Below, one piece after another: positions 26,451 through 35,390 of a stretch of DNA of 39,421 nt. This stretch comes from a virus (taxonomy: Duplodnaviria; Caudoviricetes), in IMG/VR virus record IMGVR_UViG_3300014656_001725, positions 1-39,421 of that record; one strand, written 5' to 3'. Position numbers and translations under genes: made by a program. The notes under the pieces were generated by a model. The model worked only from the letters and a program-made list of their open reading frames with translations. It had not been told where the DNA came from and did not search any database. The stretch's first letter is position 1, and each line of letters begins with the position of its first letter.

Positions 26451-27399
26451 TCACTCTCACCATTTCTCCATCTGGAGAGTAAGACACCCATTTAATTTGG
26501 GAGATATTCTCTACCAAGAAGTCTGAGTACTCAGATGTGTTAGAAAACTCTAGGAGAGTCCCTTCTCTATCATAGATACAGGGTTTAACTGTTGTTAAGA
26601 TATCCATTTTAGTCACTACTATCTCATCCGGTTGGACAATAGAAATAGCATAGTCTAGCTCTCTCAAGTCGTTCCAGTAGCATTTTCTGGGCCGTCCCGT
26701 TGTTGTGCCATATTCTTTCCCCATTTCAGTCAATTCAAGAATTTGGGGACGATATGGAGGCCCATCGCCTACTCGTGTAGTATAAGCTTTCATGACCCCT
26801 ATCACTTTATCTATTTTGTGGACCATAGAAGGCATAATAGAACTACTGGTAACATATGGATAACATCCATAGTCTACATCTAACATTATTCCTTGAGCAC
26901 TTTCGAAGAGGACAGATTCTCCTTCTTGAATCGGGGGAAGACCTTTATAAATCATTCCTCCAGTATCAAGGAGTCTAAGTTCTTCTATTCTCCAACCTTT
27001 TCTAGCTGCTCTATCTGCATAACATGGTCCAACACCCTTTTTAGTAGTCCCTATACTGCTACCATCTCCATCTAATCTACAGTGCTCTTGAGTGATTAGA
27101 TGTATATTTTGAGAGATATGTAAGTCTACTTCTATACCAGCTAGTTTTAGCTCATCTAATTCAGCCACCAAGCCTCTTAGAGAGATAGCCATTCCTGTAT
27201 CTAGAGCAACTTTCTTTCCAAAGAGAGCACCAGCTGGGAGATGGTGGAGCTTGAAAGCTTTTCCATCCTTATAGGCTGTGTGACCGGCATTATTAGCCCC
27301 ATTGAATCTGACAGACCAGTCATAATCCTTTGTAAAATGGGCACTGACGCGGCCTTTACCTTCGTCACCATAAGAAAGTCCAATTATAACTGTTCTCAA
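26443..27399 (-). CDS. purA: Adenylosuccinate synthetase, short form
   Basis: GDEGKG, NAGHT, IGTT, AQG.MLD.D.G.YPYVTSS, TRVG.G, GTTTGRPR, TKMD. Confidence 0.92.
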   Translation of the reverse strand: MRTVIIGLSYGDEGKGRVSAHFTKDYDWSVRFNGANNAGHTAYKDGKAFKLHHLPAGALFGKKVALDTGMAISLRGLVAELDELKLAGIEVDLHISQNIHLITQEHCRLDGDGSSIGTTKKGVGPCYADRAARKGWRIEELRLLDTGGMIYKGLPPIQEGESVLFESAQGIMLDVDYGCYPYVTSSSIMPSMVHKIDKVIGVMKAYTTRVGDGPPYRPQILELTEMGKEYGTTTGRPRKCYWNDLRELDYAISIVQPDEIVVTKMDILTTVKPCIYDREGTLLEFSNTSEYSDFLVENISQIKWVSYSPDGEMVRVNG

Positions 27400-27620
27400 G
27401 TTATTCTCCTCACTTGTTTAACTCTTTCTATCTTAGCCTGTATATTTGATACTAATCCACCTATTTCCATACATAGAGGATGATTCCATTTAGCTATAGA
27501 GAAGTAAATCTCTGTAACTGTCTCTTTTATAGATTCTAAGCTATTTATTGCTTCATCTAGGGATTCTTTGAGGCTAGCTTGAGTGGAGTTTTCTGTTGGC
27601 ATTTCCTTCTCTTCGTCCAT
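27396..27620 (-). CDS. Hypothetical helical protein
   Basis: Fills the gap between the two purine genes. Confidence 0.55.
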   Translation of the reverse strand: MDEEKEMPTENSTQASLKESLDEAINSLESIKETVTEIYFSIAKWNHPLCMEIGGLVSNIQAKIERVKQVRRIT

Positions 27621-28623
27621 TATCTGTTACCCTAATCCATTTAGCCTTAGCTTGTAAGTCTGATATATTCTTAGCGCCCGAATAAGATAGACCATCTTTT
27701 ATAGCATCTGATAGCTCGTTCAATATTACTTTAGCTGAACCTTTGAAGGGGACAGTGAAGCTTTCTCCCTCTGGGACAAAGGTTGTTTCTTGAGGAGAGA
27801 ACCATCCTTCTCTACCTTCTTTACTAGCCATACCACAGAACTTCTTAACTAATTGTCCAGAAAATGGATTAGTTATTAACTCACCAGGAGCCTCAGAGGT
27901 ACCAGCTAGGAGCCCTCCAATCATTACTGCATCTGCTCCCATAGCTAGAGCCTTGACTGCATCCCCAGAATTTCTGATGCCTCCATCTGCAACAATTTCT
28001 ACTGGAGCATTAATTCTATCCATATGCTCACATATATCATGAATAGCAGATAGTTGAGGAACTCCATGTCCTGTGACTAGACGAGTTCTACAGGCGCTAC
28101 CTGAACCAATTCCAACGCGGATAATATTAGCACCTGCTAAGTATAGAGCTTCTGCGCCTGCTGCTGTGCATACATTGCCAGCCATCACATTACCTTCTGG
28201 ACCTGTCATAGCTGAGATATATTCTACTGTCTGAATAGACTTCTCTGTATTCCCATATGCTACATCCACACAGAAATTCATACACCCTTCTCTTATAAGA
28301 GCCTTTACCCTCTTTTCACAATTTTCAGAAAGGATTCCTATAGCCATGAAGACACTGTCTGGAATGGATAAATCGTTATATATGGCTACCTGTTCTTCTG
28401 GAGTCATAAATCTATGGATGACGGAGAATCCTCCTAGGTCATCTAGGAGTCTAGCCATTTCTAGCTCACAGACAGTATTCATAGGGGCGGCTACAATTGG
28501 TATCTTTCCATGAATAGTCCCTACAGATGTAGATATATCTGGGTCTTTTCTGGACGCTAGCTCAGAGTACTGGGGGACTAGCAATAAATCATCAAATGTA
28601 TAGGTAAGAGGGGGATTAAGCAT
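27574..28623 (-). CDS. IMPDH/GMP reductase family, no CBS domains; GMP reductase favoured
   Basis: [48 protein letters not shown]; no Arg-Tyr flap dyad. Confidence 0.88.
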   Translation of the reverse strand: MLNPPLTYTFDDLLLVPQYSELASRKDPDISTSVGTIHGKIPIVAAPMNTVCELEMARLLDDLGGFSVIHRFMTPEEQVAIYNDLSIPDSVFMAIGILSENCEKRVKALIREGCMNFCVDVAYGNTEKSIQTVEYISAMTGPEGNVMAGNVCTAAGAEALYLAGANIIRVGIGSGSACRTRLVTGHGVPQLSAIHDICEHMDRINAPVEIVADGGIRNSGDAVKALAMGADAVMIGGLLAGTSEAPGELITNPFSGQLVKKFCGMASKEGREGWFSPQETTFVPEGESFTVPFKGSAKVILNELSDAIKDGLSYSGAKNISDLQAKAKWIRVTDNGRREGNANRKLHSS

Positions 28624-29065
28624 TTACTTCTCCTTTCTTTATGACGGAGAAGATAGCCTTCATCCAGTCTTTTGAGAGAACCATCATTTCTTTTGCCAAG
28701 AGAATGGAAGATTTAGACCTAGGTTTAGGCCTAGTCTCTTTAACTAAGACTCTACATATACATAGAGTTCTATCAGCAGTAAAGTGATTTAGGTATTTGT
28801 CGATAATCTTTTTATTGAGGGCTACATGCCATCCTGCTCTATAAGGATTGAGTTTCTTCCCAGGGTTAAAAACTATTCCTTGATAGGCTATTAGAGGTTT
28901 ATCTAAGGGAAGGAATTTGGATCCCTTGTAGGGATGGTACAGAGTCTTAGGATATGGATTCTTTTTATCTATTTCAAAGATTCTATATGCTTCTTGCCAC
29001 ATTAGAAAGTATCTCTCGCCTTTACGTCGTAGGGACAGATACTCATGTCCACACAGAAATGCCAA
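28616..29065 (-). CDS. Hypothetical basic protein
   Basis: ORF track; start uncertain. Confidence 0.55.
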   Translation of the reverse strand: MAFLCGHEYLSLRRKGERYFLMWQEAYRIFEIDKKNPYPKTLYHPYKGSKFLPLDKPLIAYQGIVFNPGKKLNPYRAGWHVALNKKIIDKYLNHFTADRTLCICRVLVKETRPKPRSKSSILLAKEMMVLSKDWMKAIFSVIKKGEVNA

Positions 29066-29214
29066 GAGTCTCCTCTTAGCTCAAGTGTCCCAGTGCTTCC
29101 ATCAGAATATGTCAGATAGACTATATTCGGGTCCTCTGGAGAGACAGAGATTACTGCTGGTTCTTCATCTTCTGAGGTAACTATATCCCATAGGTCATGC
29201 CAAGGGTCAGTCAT
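29002..29214 (-). CDS. Hypothetical protein
   Basis: TAATG coupling, AAGGA RBS. Confidence 0.55.
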   Translation of the reverse strand: MTDPWHDLWDIVTSEDEEPAVISVSPEDPNIVYLTYSDGSTGTLELRGDSWHFCVDMSICPYDVKARDTF

Positions 29215-29576
29215 TAGCTTTCCTTTCCAAGACTATTTGCTTCTTCTACTAGAAGACTTTTTATTGCTCTCCATTTTTTGCCAGGTTGTTCTTCTCGTAG
29301 GACTTTTAGAACTTTAAATTGATTATCTGCGATTTTTTCTATTTGGACCAGGAAGTATGTTGAGGGATTGTATAAAGTTGTTCCAAGTGATGCCCAGCCC
29401 GTAAATCCACGCCAAAGGATGACCATCATATCTTTGTGAAGATAAAGCAACTCTAACGGAGACTCATAATCTGACCCAGGTGTGTATAGTAGGGTTCTTC
29501 CAGCTTTTAATAATCTACTTTCTGATTTACGGTAGTGTGGAGATCGTCTAATATTGAGCAAGTCTCCCGAAAGCAT
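29214..29576 (-). CDS. Hypothetical protein
   Basis: GAGGAG RBS, TGATG coupling. Confidence 0.6.
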   Translation of the reverse strand: MLSGDLLNIRRSPHYRKSESRLLKAGRTLLYTPGSDYESPLELLYLHKDMMVILWRGFTGWASLGTTLYNPSTYFLVQIEKIADNQFKVLKVLREEQPGKKWRAIKSLLVEEANSLGKES

Positions 29577-29773
29577 CAGTTATCTCCTCTAATTTCTACC
29601 GCTCCAACGGATATTTTTCCACCCGTTTTCTTTTCAAAATCACCGAAGATTTTGTGCATAACCTTCATAGCCAAATTGTAGTCGATCCCCTGAGCCTTAT
29701 CTGTTAGATTGTTGAATAGTAACTCGTAGTTACCTGTCTCTGTATCTATTTCTGTAGTGATTCTGTAAATCAT
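29576..29773 (-). CDS. Hypothetical protein
   Basis: AAGGA RBS. Confidence 0.6.
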   Translation of the reverse strand: MIYRITTEIDTETGNYELLFNNLTDKAQGIDYNLAMKVMHKIFGDFEKKTGGKISVGAVEIRGDN

Positions 29774-29788
29774 TTAGCTTTCCTTTCT

Positions 29789-30115
29789 TTACTCCTGAGC
29801 TAGTATCTTTATTTCTTCGGTAGATAGGCCTAATTCTAAAGCCTTATTCGCAATTGCACGGAACTGAAGTATCTTTAGTTCTCTATCTTTATCTTCTTTG
29901 CTTGGGAAAACTATTTTTACAGGAGCTATAGCCCAAACGTGAGTACCTTCCCCATTATTAGCAATGGAACTTATTCTCCCGTCCGAGCCTTGTACATTTA
30001 CTCCTTTTGCAAGGCGGATAGCTGTACTTTCTAACATACATATATAGAGAGGGACTTCATATCCTTTTCCTTCTGTTAGGTCTGTATTAGTCCATACTAC
30101 CCATAGTTCTTTCAT
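29789..30115 (-). CDS. Hypothetical phage protein
   Basis: AAGGAG RBS; NTDLTEG.G, C-terminal KALELGLS.EEI. Confidence 0.65.
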   Translation of the reverse strand: MKELWVVWTNTDLTEGKGYEVPLYICMLESTAIRLAKGVNVQGSDGRISSIANNGEGTHVWAIAPVKIVFPSKEDKDRELKILQFRAIANKALELGLSTEEIKILAQE

Positions 30116-30286
30116 TTATTTCTCCTTGGAATATTTCTTCAGCTGGTTGATATCTTTCTTACGAATGAGCTTCTGGTCTTTTCTAATAAGTGACACTTCT
30201 TCAGTTTTTGCTATATGGAATCCTTCACACCAGTAGACTTCATTTTCTTCTTCTTTCTGAGGGTTTAAATGGGCCCTCTTATCCAT
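30116..30286 (-). CDS. Possible 56-aa protein absent from the ORF track
   Basis: MDKRAHLNPQKEEENEVYWCEG...KKYSKEK* fills the gap; weak RBS. Confidence 0.4.
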   Translation of the reverse strand: MDKRAHLNPQKEEENEVYWCEGFHIAKTEEVSLIRKDQKLIRKKDINQLKKYSKEK

Positions 30287-30573
30287 TTCCATTCAGGCGG
30301 CCAAGATTCATCTACTAAGACTATCTGTCTCATATCTTTTAATCGACGGTTAAGGAATATATTCCAACCGTGCTTCGTCTCTATAGAAGCCGAGAATATG
30401 TCATCGGGAGTGAGAACAATAATTCCTATATGATTTGTATAGCTATATCTATCTCTTGGATCAGTATTAGACCAGGATAAATTATCTATATAGTCCATAC
30501 TTGTCCTCCTACAATACTCTAAACAATCTGGACATTGACAGGTAGATGCGTGCCAACTATCGTCTCTTGTCAT
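30265..30573 (-). CDS. Hypothetical protein
   Basis: ATGA-coupled ORF. Confidence 0.55.
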   Translation of the reverse strand: MTRDDSWHASTCQCPDCLEYCRRTSMDYIDNLSWSNTDPRDRYSYTNHIGIIVLTPDDIFSASIETKHGWNIFLNRRLKDMRQIVLVDESWPPEWKWIRGPI

Positions 30574-30767
30574 CCCAAATCATCTCCACAGTCTCTACAT
30601 CTCATGTCTGGCTCCAGCCCCGATGGGTTATACCAAATCACTCCATTTGGATGGTCCTTTACTCTGCATAAGATATGTTGAAGTGGATTCATTCCAGACC
30701 AGTCATTATGCCATAATTGGATTCCTGATAGGAGGTATTTCCACCAAGCTAGTCTAAACCAATGCAT
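30570..30767 (-). CDS. Small Zn-binding protein
   Basis: C....H...CRDCG. Confidence 0.6.
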   Translation of the reverse strand: MHWFRLAWWKYLLSGIQLWHNDWSGMNPLQHILCRVKDHPNGVIWYNPSGLEPDMRCRDCGDDLG

Positions 30768-30768
30768 T

Positions 30769-31443
30769 CTACTTTATCATTCCTTTTCTTGCTCCATGGG
30801 CCGGGAAACCCACAATGAATTTCCTCTTTGATTCTGCACAGATACCACATTTCTCACATGTTGTATCCTTAGTTATAGCTGGACATATAACTACTCTATT
30901 TCCTTTCGGAGTTTTAAATGGTTTATTCCCCACGTTTGAAGGAAGAGTAACAGTCACTGGTCCAATATTCAGGTCTACCATCTTATCTGCCTGGTCTACA
31001 TTGTCTGCTGATAGATTGATGGTGAATCCTTCTTGGTTGGCCCACTTTATTAGCTCTCTGTTATGCTCAGATTGCCCTGTGTCGCCTTCTACTGGAAAAT
31101 GTGAGTAGGTATAGCCCCTCTTCCCATTCTGAGCTTCTACGAGCATTTTTAGGGCTGTCCTGTTAATCCTATTCTTACTACCCCTTAAATCCCCTGCTTG
31201 ATTATGTCTCCAGAGCTGTTCTGGTGGGAGCATGGATACATCCTTGATGAATGTATCCCAGGTAGTTCCTCTCTCCCCATTTGAGACCTTAGACCAGTGA
31301 ATTGCAAGAGGACCACCCTCAGCATAACACCCTTTTTCTCTTAGTTTACAGTTACTTGGACAGGTGGACTTAGGACTGGTAGAGACAGGAATTGCTCCTG
31401 TCTTCCAGTTGGAACTCTTTCTCGTAAGATGAAAACGATCCAT
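30769..31443 (-). CDS. Cys-rich phage protein (gp88-like, possibly Fe-S)
   Basis: N.KTG, TCP..C......CYA, RH..AGD, YTY.H, CPA, TC..C..C, F.AHG. Confidence 0.6.
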   Translation of the reverse strand: MDRFHLTRKSSNWKTGAIPVSTSPKSTCPSNCKLREKGCYAEGGPLAIHWSKVSNGERGTTWDTFIKDVSMLPPEQLWRHNQAGDLRGSKNRINRTALKMLVEAQNGKRGYTYSHFPVEGDTGQSEHNRELIKWANQEGFTINLSADNVDQADKMVDLNIGPVTVTLPSNVGNKPFKTPKGNRVVICPAITKDTTCEKCGICAESKRKFIVGFPAHGARKGMIK

Positions 31444-31467
31444 TCTCTAATCTTTTCATATACTTAA

Positions 31468-32607
31468 CTACCACTCTATGAATGAAAAGTTGTGAAGTGG
31501 CTGTCCTGGGGTGACTAAGAAATACCCCTGTCGGGCTTTTCCTTCTTTGCCCATTTTCTCTGATAGGTCATCTGGACCACAGAGACACCCGTTCTGGATA
31601 ATCATAGAGCCAAGCCAGTCAGATACTTGCCATTGGTGATAGTGACCTGAACAAATGAAGTCCAAATGCTTACTGGTTATCCATCCAGCTAGTCTAATCT
31701 GCATTGCTGGAGTACCTGTGTGCTTAACTCCCTCGTGATAGATAGCACCTATCTTATCCTTTACTTGGAACCTCTTGAATAGTCTATGGTTTTTGACTAC
31801 AGAAATCCTATCCCTCGTTCCAGACAAATAGACTAGATTATTACAGATTACATTATCCCAATTAGATTCAGTAGTTGCGGTCTTACTCATTCTTCCATGA
31901 TTTCCAGGAACTGCTTCTACTCTGACAGGACAGTCAAAGAATTCTTCGAGCTGGCAGAGGAAATTCCAAAGAGCTGTAGTTGCTACTTCTGTCTGCTCAA
32001 TGACAGAACATGCTAATTGCCCATTTTGATTAGAGTAAATATCTTCTCCCTCTACTAGGTCTCCAATGAGAAGAACCACTACTTCATCTACGGTCATCCC
32101 AATATCAGCTTCTATTTGACCTGCCATCCCGGCTAGCCTATGAGTTCCAGTACTCAAGCTAAACTGAGCTGTTTGTTTTCCAAAGTGTAGGTCAGACAAG
32201 GTTATCACTAGGCTAGAAATTTCTGACTGAACTGGTCTAGCAGGAAGAGGGTCTGGGTACTCTCTCTGCTCCTTGACTAAGCCTCTCAACCACTCTTGAG
32301 CATCCTTTGTGTTCTTGGCCTTCTCAGCTGGAGTACAAGGCTTGGGGAAGGGAGTAGGAACCCATATATCAGAGGGAAGTGGTTCTTCTGGGAGAGAAGC
32401 ATAGCTAATCGTGCTAGGATAAACATTACTTGCTGCTCTCGAAATGTCATCTCTCTGATTTCTAATTCGTCTCAGTTGTCGGGTTATAGAGTTATAGGTT
32501 CTTACTCCTGCTCCAAATACGTTTTTATATATCTCAAAGACTTGTTTATTAGAAAGAGTCCTATTTTTATTCAAAATATCTATTTCTTCACTGGTCCAAT
32601 TAGTCAT
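31468..32607 (-). CDS. Metallophosphoesterase with N-terminal helical/HTH-like domain
   Basis: SDLHFG, GDLVEG, GNHGR, GHYH; N-terminal WTSEE...L. Confidence 0.85.
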   Translation of the reverse strand: MTNWTSEEIDILNKNRTLSNKQVFEIYKNVFGAGVRTYNSITRQLRRIRNQRDDISRAASNVYPSTISYASLPEEPLPSDIWVPTPFPKPCTPAEKAKNTKDAQEWLRGLVKEQREYPDPLPARPVQSEISSLVITLSDLHFGKQTAQFSLSTGTHRLAGMAGQIEADIGMTVDEVVVLLIGDLVEGEDIYSNQNGQLACSVIEQTEVATTALWNFLCQLEEFFDCPVRVEAVPGNHGRMSKTATTESNWDNVICNNLVYLSGTRDRISVVKNHRLFKRFQVKDKIGAIYHEGVKHTGTPAMQIRLAGWITSKHLDFICSGHYHQWQVSDWLGSMIIQNGCLCGPDDLSEKMGKEGKARQGYFLVTPGQPLHNFSFIEW

Positions 32608-32755
32608 TATTGTCCTCACTATGTTTAATTAGAGCACGGACGGTTAGATATACTCCACCGGCCAACAAGAGATAAGGAATAACTTGGATGAGCAATGGAA
32701 AGATACAACTACCTATCGCTATTCCTACTCCCAATGGTATCAGTATTTTGTTCAT
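32600..32755 (-). CDS. 51-aa membrane protein absent from the ORF track
   Basis: MNKILIPLGVGIAIGSCIFPLLIQVIPYLLLAGGVYLTVRALIKHSEDNND*; GAGGT upstream. Confidence 0.6.
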   Translation of the reverse strand: MNKILIPLGVGIAIGSCIFPLLIQVIPYLLLAGGVYLTVRALIKHSEDNND

Positions 32756-35390
32756 TTAGATGAGCTACCTCACGAAGAATTGTATTCTTAAAGCTACCAA
32801 CCTTATACCTAGTTGGTGCTAACCACCGTGTCCCATCCTGACTCTCAAATATAGCACGGATAGTGTGTGTATCACCTTGGTACTTTTTAAGGATGTCTAG
32901 AAATCCTGGGAGATTCTCTAACCTTACGGATAGAGATAAAATTTCTCCCTCTGAGGGACCTTGTATAACGTGTTTGCTTACTTTCCATATATTCAATTTG
33001 GATATCTTGGTCTCTTCTGTCTCTGTTACTTCTACTGTAGCTTGAAGGTCTACTATGTCACCTTCTACTAATAAATCTCCATATTTTCTATAGGTACTAG
33101 CAAAGATTACACCTTCTATTGTTCCAGTCAGGTCTTCTAACTGAAGAAAAGCCATCTTCTCCTTACGAGTTTTGGTAGTAATTTCATTCTTCTTGATGAG
33201 GACGAGAGTTAGCTCTACTCTCTCCTTATCTCCTAATTCTTCCTTTGCCCACTCGATTGTCCTATTTGATTTCTTTCCCTTCAGCGGATGAGAAGTTACA
33301 TAGAACCCTAATAATTCGTGTTCTAATTTTAATAGCTCCTGAAGAGACATCTCGTCATATTCTATGATAGCAGGCCATTGAGGTTCTTCTGGTTTCTCAG
33401 GGAGCTTCTTAGGATTTAACTTCTGACCTCTCTTATTTAACTTTCCTTCTTTTATCTCCTCCTCTCTTTCTATGTAGGCATCTAACCTCTTTCTATAAGT
33501 CTCTAGTTTCTTTTCGTATTTCTTATTTTCAGTTCTATAATCCCAGATGGCCTGAACTGATTCGAGCATCGCTCTTCTCGTATATCCAAAACAATCAAAG
33601 GCTCCTGCTGATATGAGACTATCTAGCTTGGACCTATTCACTAGACCTAAGTCTACTCGTTCGCAGAAATCACGTAAGCTAACGAATGGTCTCCTGTCAC
33701 GTTCTTCGAGGACCTTTTTAATGGAAGCCTCTCCAATATTCTTGATGGGGCCGAGACCAAATTCTATCGTCTGTGGGTCTGTAATAGTAAATGAAAGTTG
33801 ACTCTTGTTTATATCGGGCGGCATAATGTTTATACCAAGTCTCTTACACTCGGATAGAAGTTTAATAACTTCATCCTTATCATCAGACTTAGTAATTAAA
33901 CAAGCACACATATACTCTGTAGGATAGTGAGTCTTACAGTATGCTGTTTGATAAGTTAATAAACCATAACTGTAAGAATGACTCGCATTGAATTGGTAGC
34001 TAGCACAAGCATTTATATCGTCCCAGAGTTGGTTACCTTTGTCTTCTAGCAATCCATTTTTTACCCATCCAGCTTTAAATTTCTTTTCGTGCTGGTCCAT
34101 TAGGTCTTGTTTCTTTTTCCCAATAGCCTTACGGAGAGAATCAGATTCTGCTCCTGTATATCCGCATAGCTCCTTTGCTATAGTCATGCTCTGCTCTTGA
34201 TAAATCATCATTGACCCAGTTGGGGAGAGTATCGGCTCTAATTCTGGTACTAAATAGTGTGGTTTCTGGAGTCCGGCTCTTACTGCTAAATAGTCTTGAA
34301 GACTCTTGCTTTGGAGGGGGCCTGGGCGATAAATAGCTACAAGCATAGATAGGTCTTCTATGCATGTAGGCCGCATTTTAATTAGAAGGTCTTTCATTCC
34401 TCCTGATGCACCTAATTGGAAAATACCTATATTGTCTCCCTGTCTAAGATTTTCAAAAGTTTGTTCATCGTCTAGAGGGATTTTAAATGAGTTAAAGGTA
34501 GTACCATTCCTATTCACTAGGTCAGTACAGATATGTAGTTTGGTTAGAGCATCTAATCCTAGGAAGTCATATTTAATTAGACCAACGTCTTCAATACTAT
34601 CCATCCCCCACTGGGATACGTGTCTCCCGTCTTTATCAACGAAGAGGGGAACAGAGTTTAGTAGGCTCTCATTTGAAATTACATATCCGCTAGCGTGGGT
34701 ACCGTTATCAGCTACAAAGCCTTCTATCTTTTCTGCCCAACGGAGAACATCTCCCTTTTCTGTTTTAGATTTGTGTACCTTCTCTAACTCGGAGATTTTG
34801 TTAATAGAATCAGTTAGTTTCTGGGGCTTACCATGAATATTACCTAAGAGGAGCTTAGATAGCTCATTTCCTACGGCATATGGGAGACCAAGGGTTCTCT
34901 GGGCTGCTAAAACAGCTGCTTTTGCCTTTAAGTGGCCAAAAGTTCCTATGTTTGCTACTCTATCTTCTCCTAGCCAATCCTTTACATACTGGACTACTTT
35001 GTCTCTATACCTATCTTCTATATCAGAATCGATATCTGGCATACTAATTCTGTCTGGGTTTATGAACCTTTCAAAGTAGAGACCCCATCTAATAGGGTCC
35101 AGTCCAGTAATATTTAAGCAATACGATGCTAGAGAGCCGGCCACGCTCCCCCTTCCAAAACCAATATAGACATTATTGTCTCTTGCCCAGTTGAGAATAT
35201 GTTGGACTATGAGGAAGTATCCTGCAAATCCCATAGGGATAATAACATCTAGCTCATAGGTTAGACGGTCCCTATACTCCTGTTTGTTATCTAGCTCAAG
35301 AGACTTTAGTCCCTTCCAACATTTAAACTTGAAGTATTCATCTACTTGATTGTAGGAACTCGTCATAATCCTCTGCTTTCGTGATGTCAT
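32709..35390 (-). CDS. dnaE: DNA polymerase III alpha (DnaE) catalytic/fingers/HhH/OB part
   Basis: GRGSVAGS, FERF.NPDR.SMPDIDSD, HASG, KYDFLGL, GIFQ, RPGP, YQEQ, FNASH, PPDIN.S, LEDLTG. Confidence 0.95.
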   Translation of the reverse strand: MTSRKQRIMTSSYNQVDEYFKFKCWKGLKSLELDNKQEYRDRLTYELDVIIPMGFAGYFLIVQHILNWARDNNVYIGFGRGSVAGSLASYCLNITGLDPIRWGLYFERFINPDRISMPDIDSDIEDRYRDKVVQYVKDWLGEDRVANIGTFGHLKAKAAVLAAQRTLGLPYAVGNELSKLLLGNIHGKPQKLTDSINKISELEKVHKSKTEKGDVLRWAEKIEGFVADNGTHASGYVISNESLLNSVPLFVDKDGRHVSQWGMDSIEDVGLIKYDFLGLDALTKLHICTDLVNRNGTTFNSFKIPLDDEQTFENLRQGDNIGIFQLGASGGMKDLLIKMRPTCIEDLSMLVAIYRPGPLQSKSLQDYLAVRAGLQKPHYLVPELEPILSPTGSMMIYQEQSMTIAKELCGYTGAESDSLRKAIGKKKQDLMDQHEKKFKAGWVKNGLLEDKGNQLWDDINACASYQFNASHSYSYGLLTYQTAYCKTHYPTEYMCACLITKSDDKDEVIKLLSECKRLGINIMPPDINKSQLSFTITDPQTIEFGLGPIKNIGEASIKKVLEERDRRPFVSLRDFCERVDLGLVNRSKLDSLISAGAFDCFGYTRRAMLESVQAIWDYRTENKKYEKKLETYRKRLDAYIEREEEIKEGKLNKRGQKLNPKKLPEKPEEPQWPAIIEYDEMSLQELLKLEHELLGFYVTSHPLKGKKSNRTIEWAKEELGDKERVELTLVLIKKNEITTKTRKEKMAFLQLEDLTGTIEGVIFASTYRKYGDLLVEGDIVDLQATVEVTETEETKISKLNIWKVSKHVIQGPSEGEILSLSVRLENLPGFLDILKKYQGDTHTIRAIFESQDGTRWLAPTRYKVGSFKNTILREVAHLNEQNTDTIGSRNSDR

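Noticed and set aside
26443-27399. PurZ / 2-aminoadenine (Z) genome pathway
   Set aside because: Keeps PurA residues: Asp in GDEGKG (Ser in PurZ), RVGxG, TGRxR and GTP-type TKxD; no DatZ/MazZ-like gene recognised in the window
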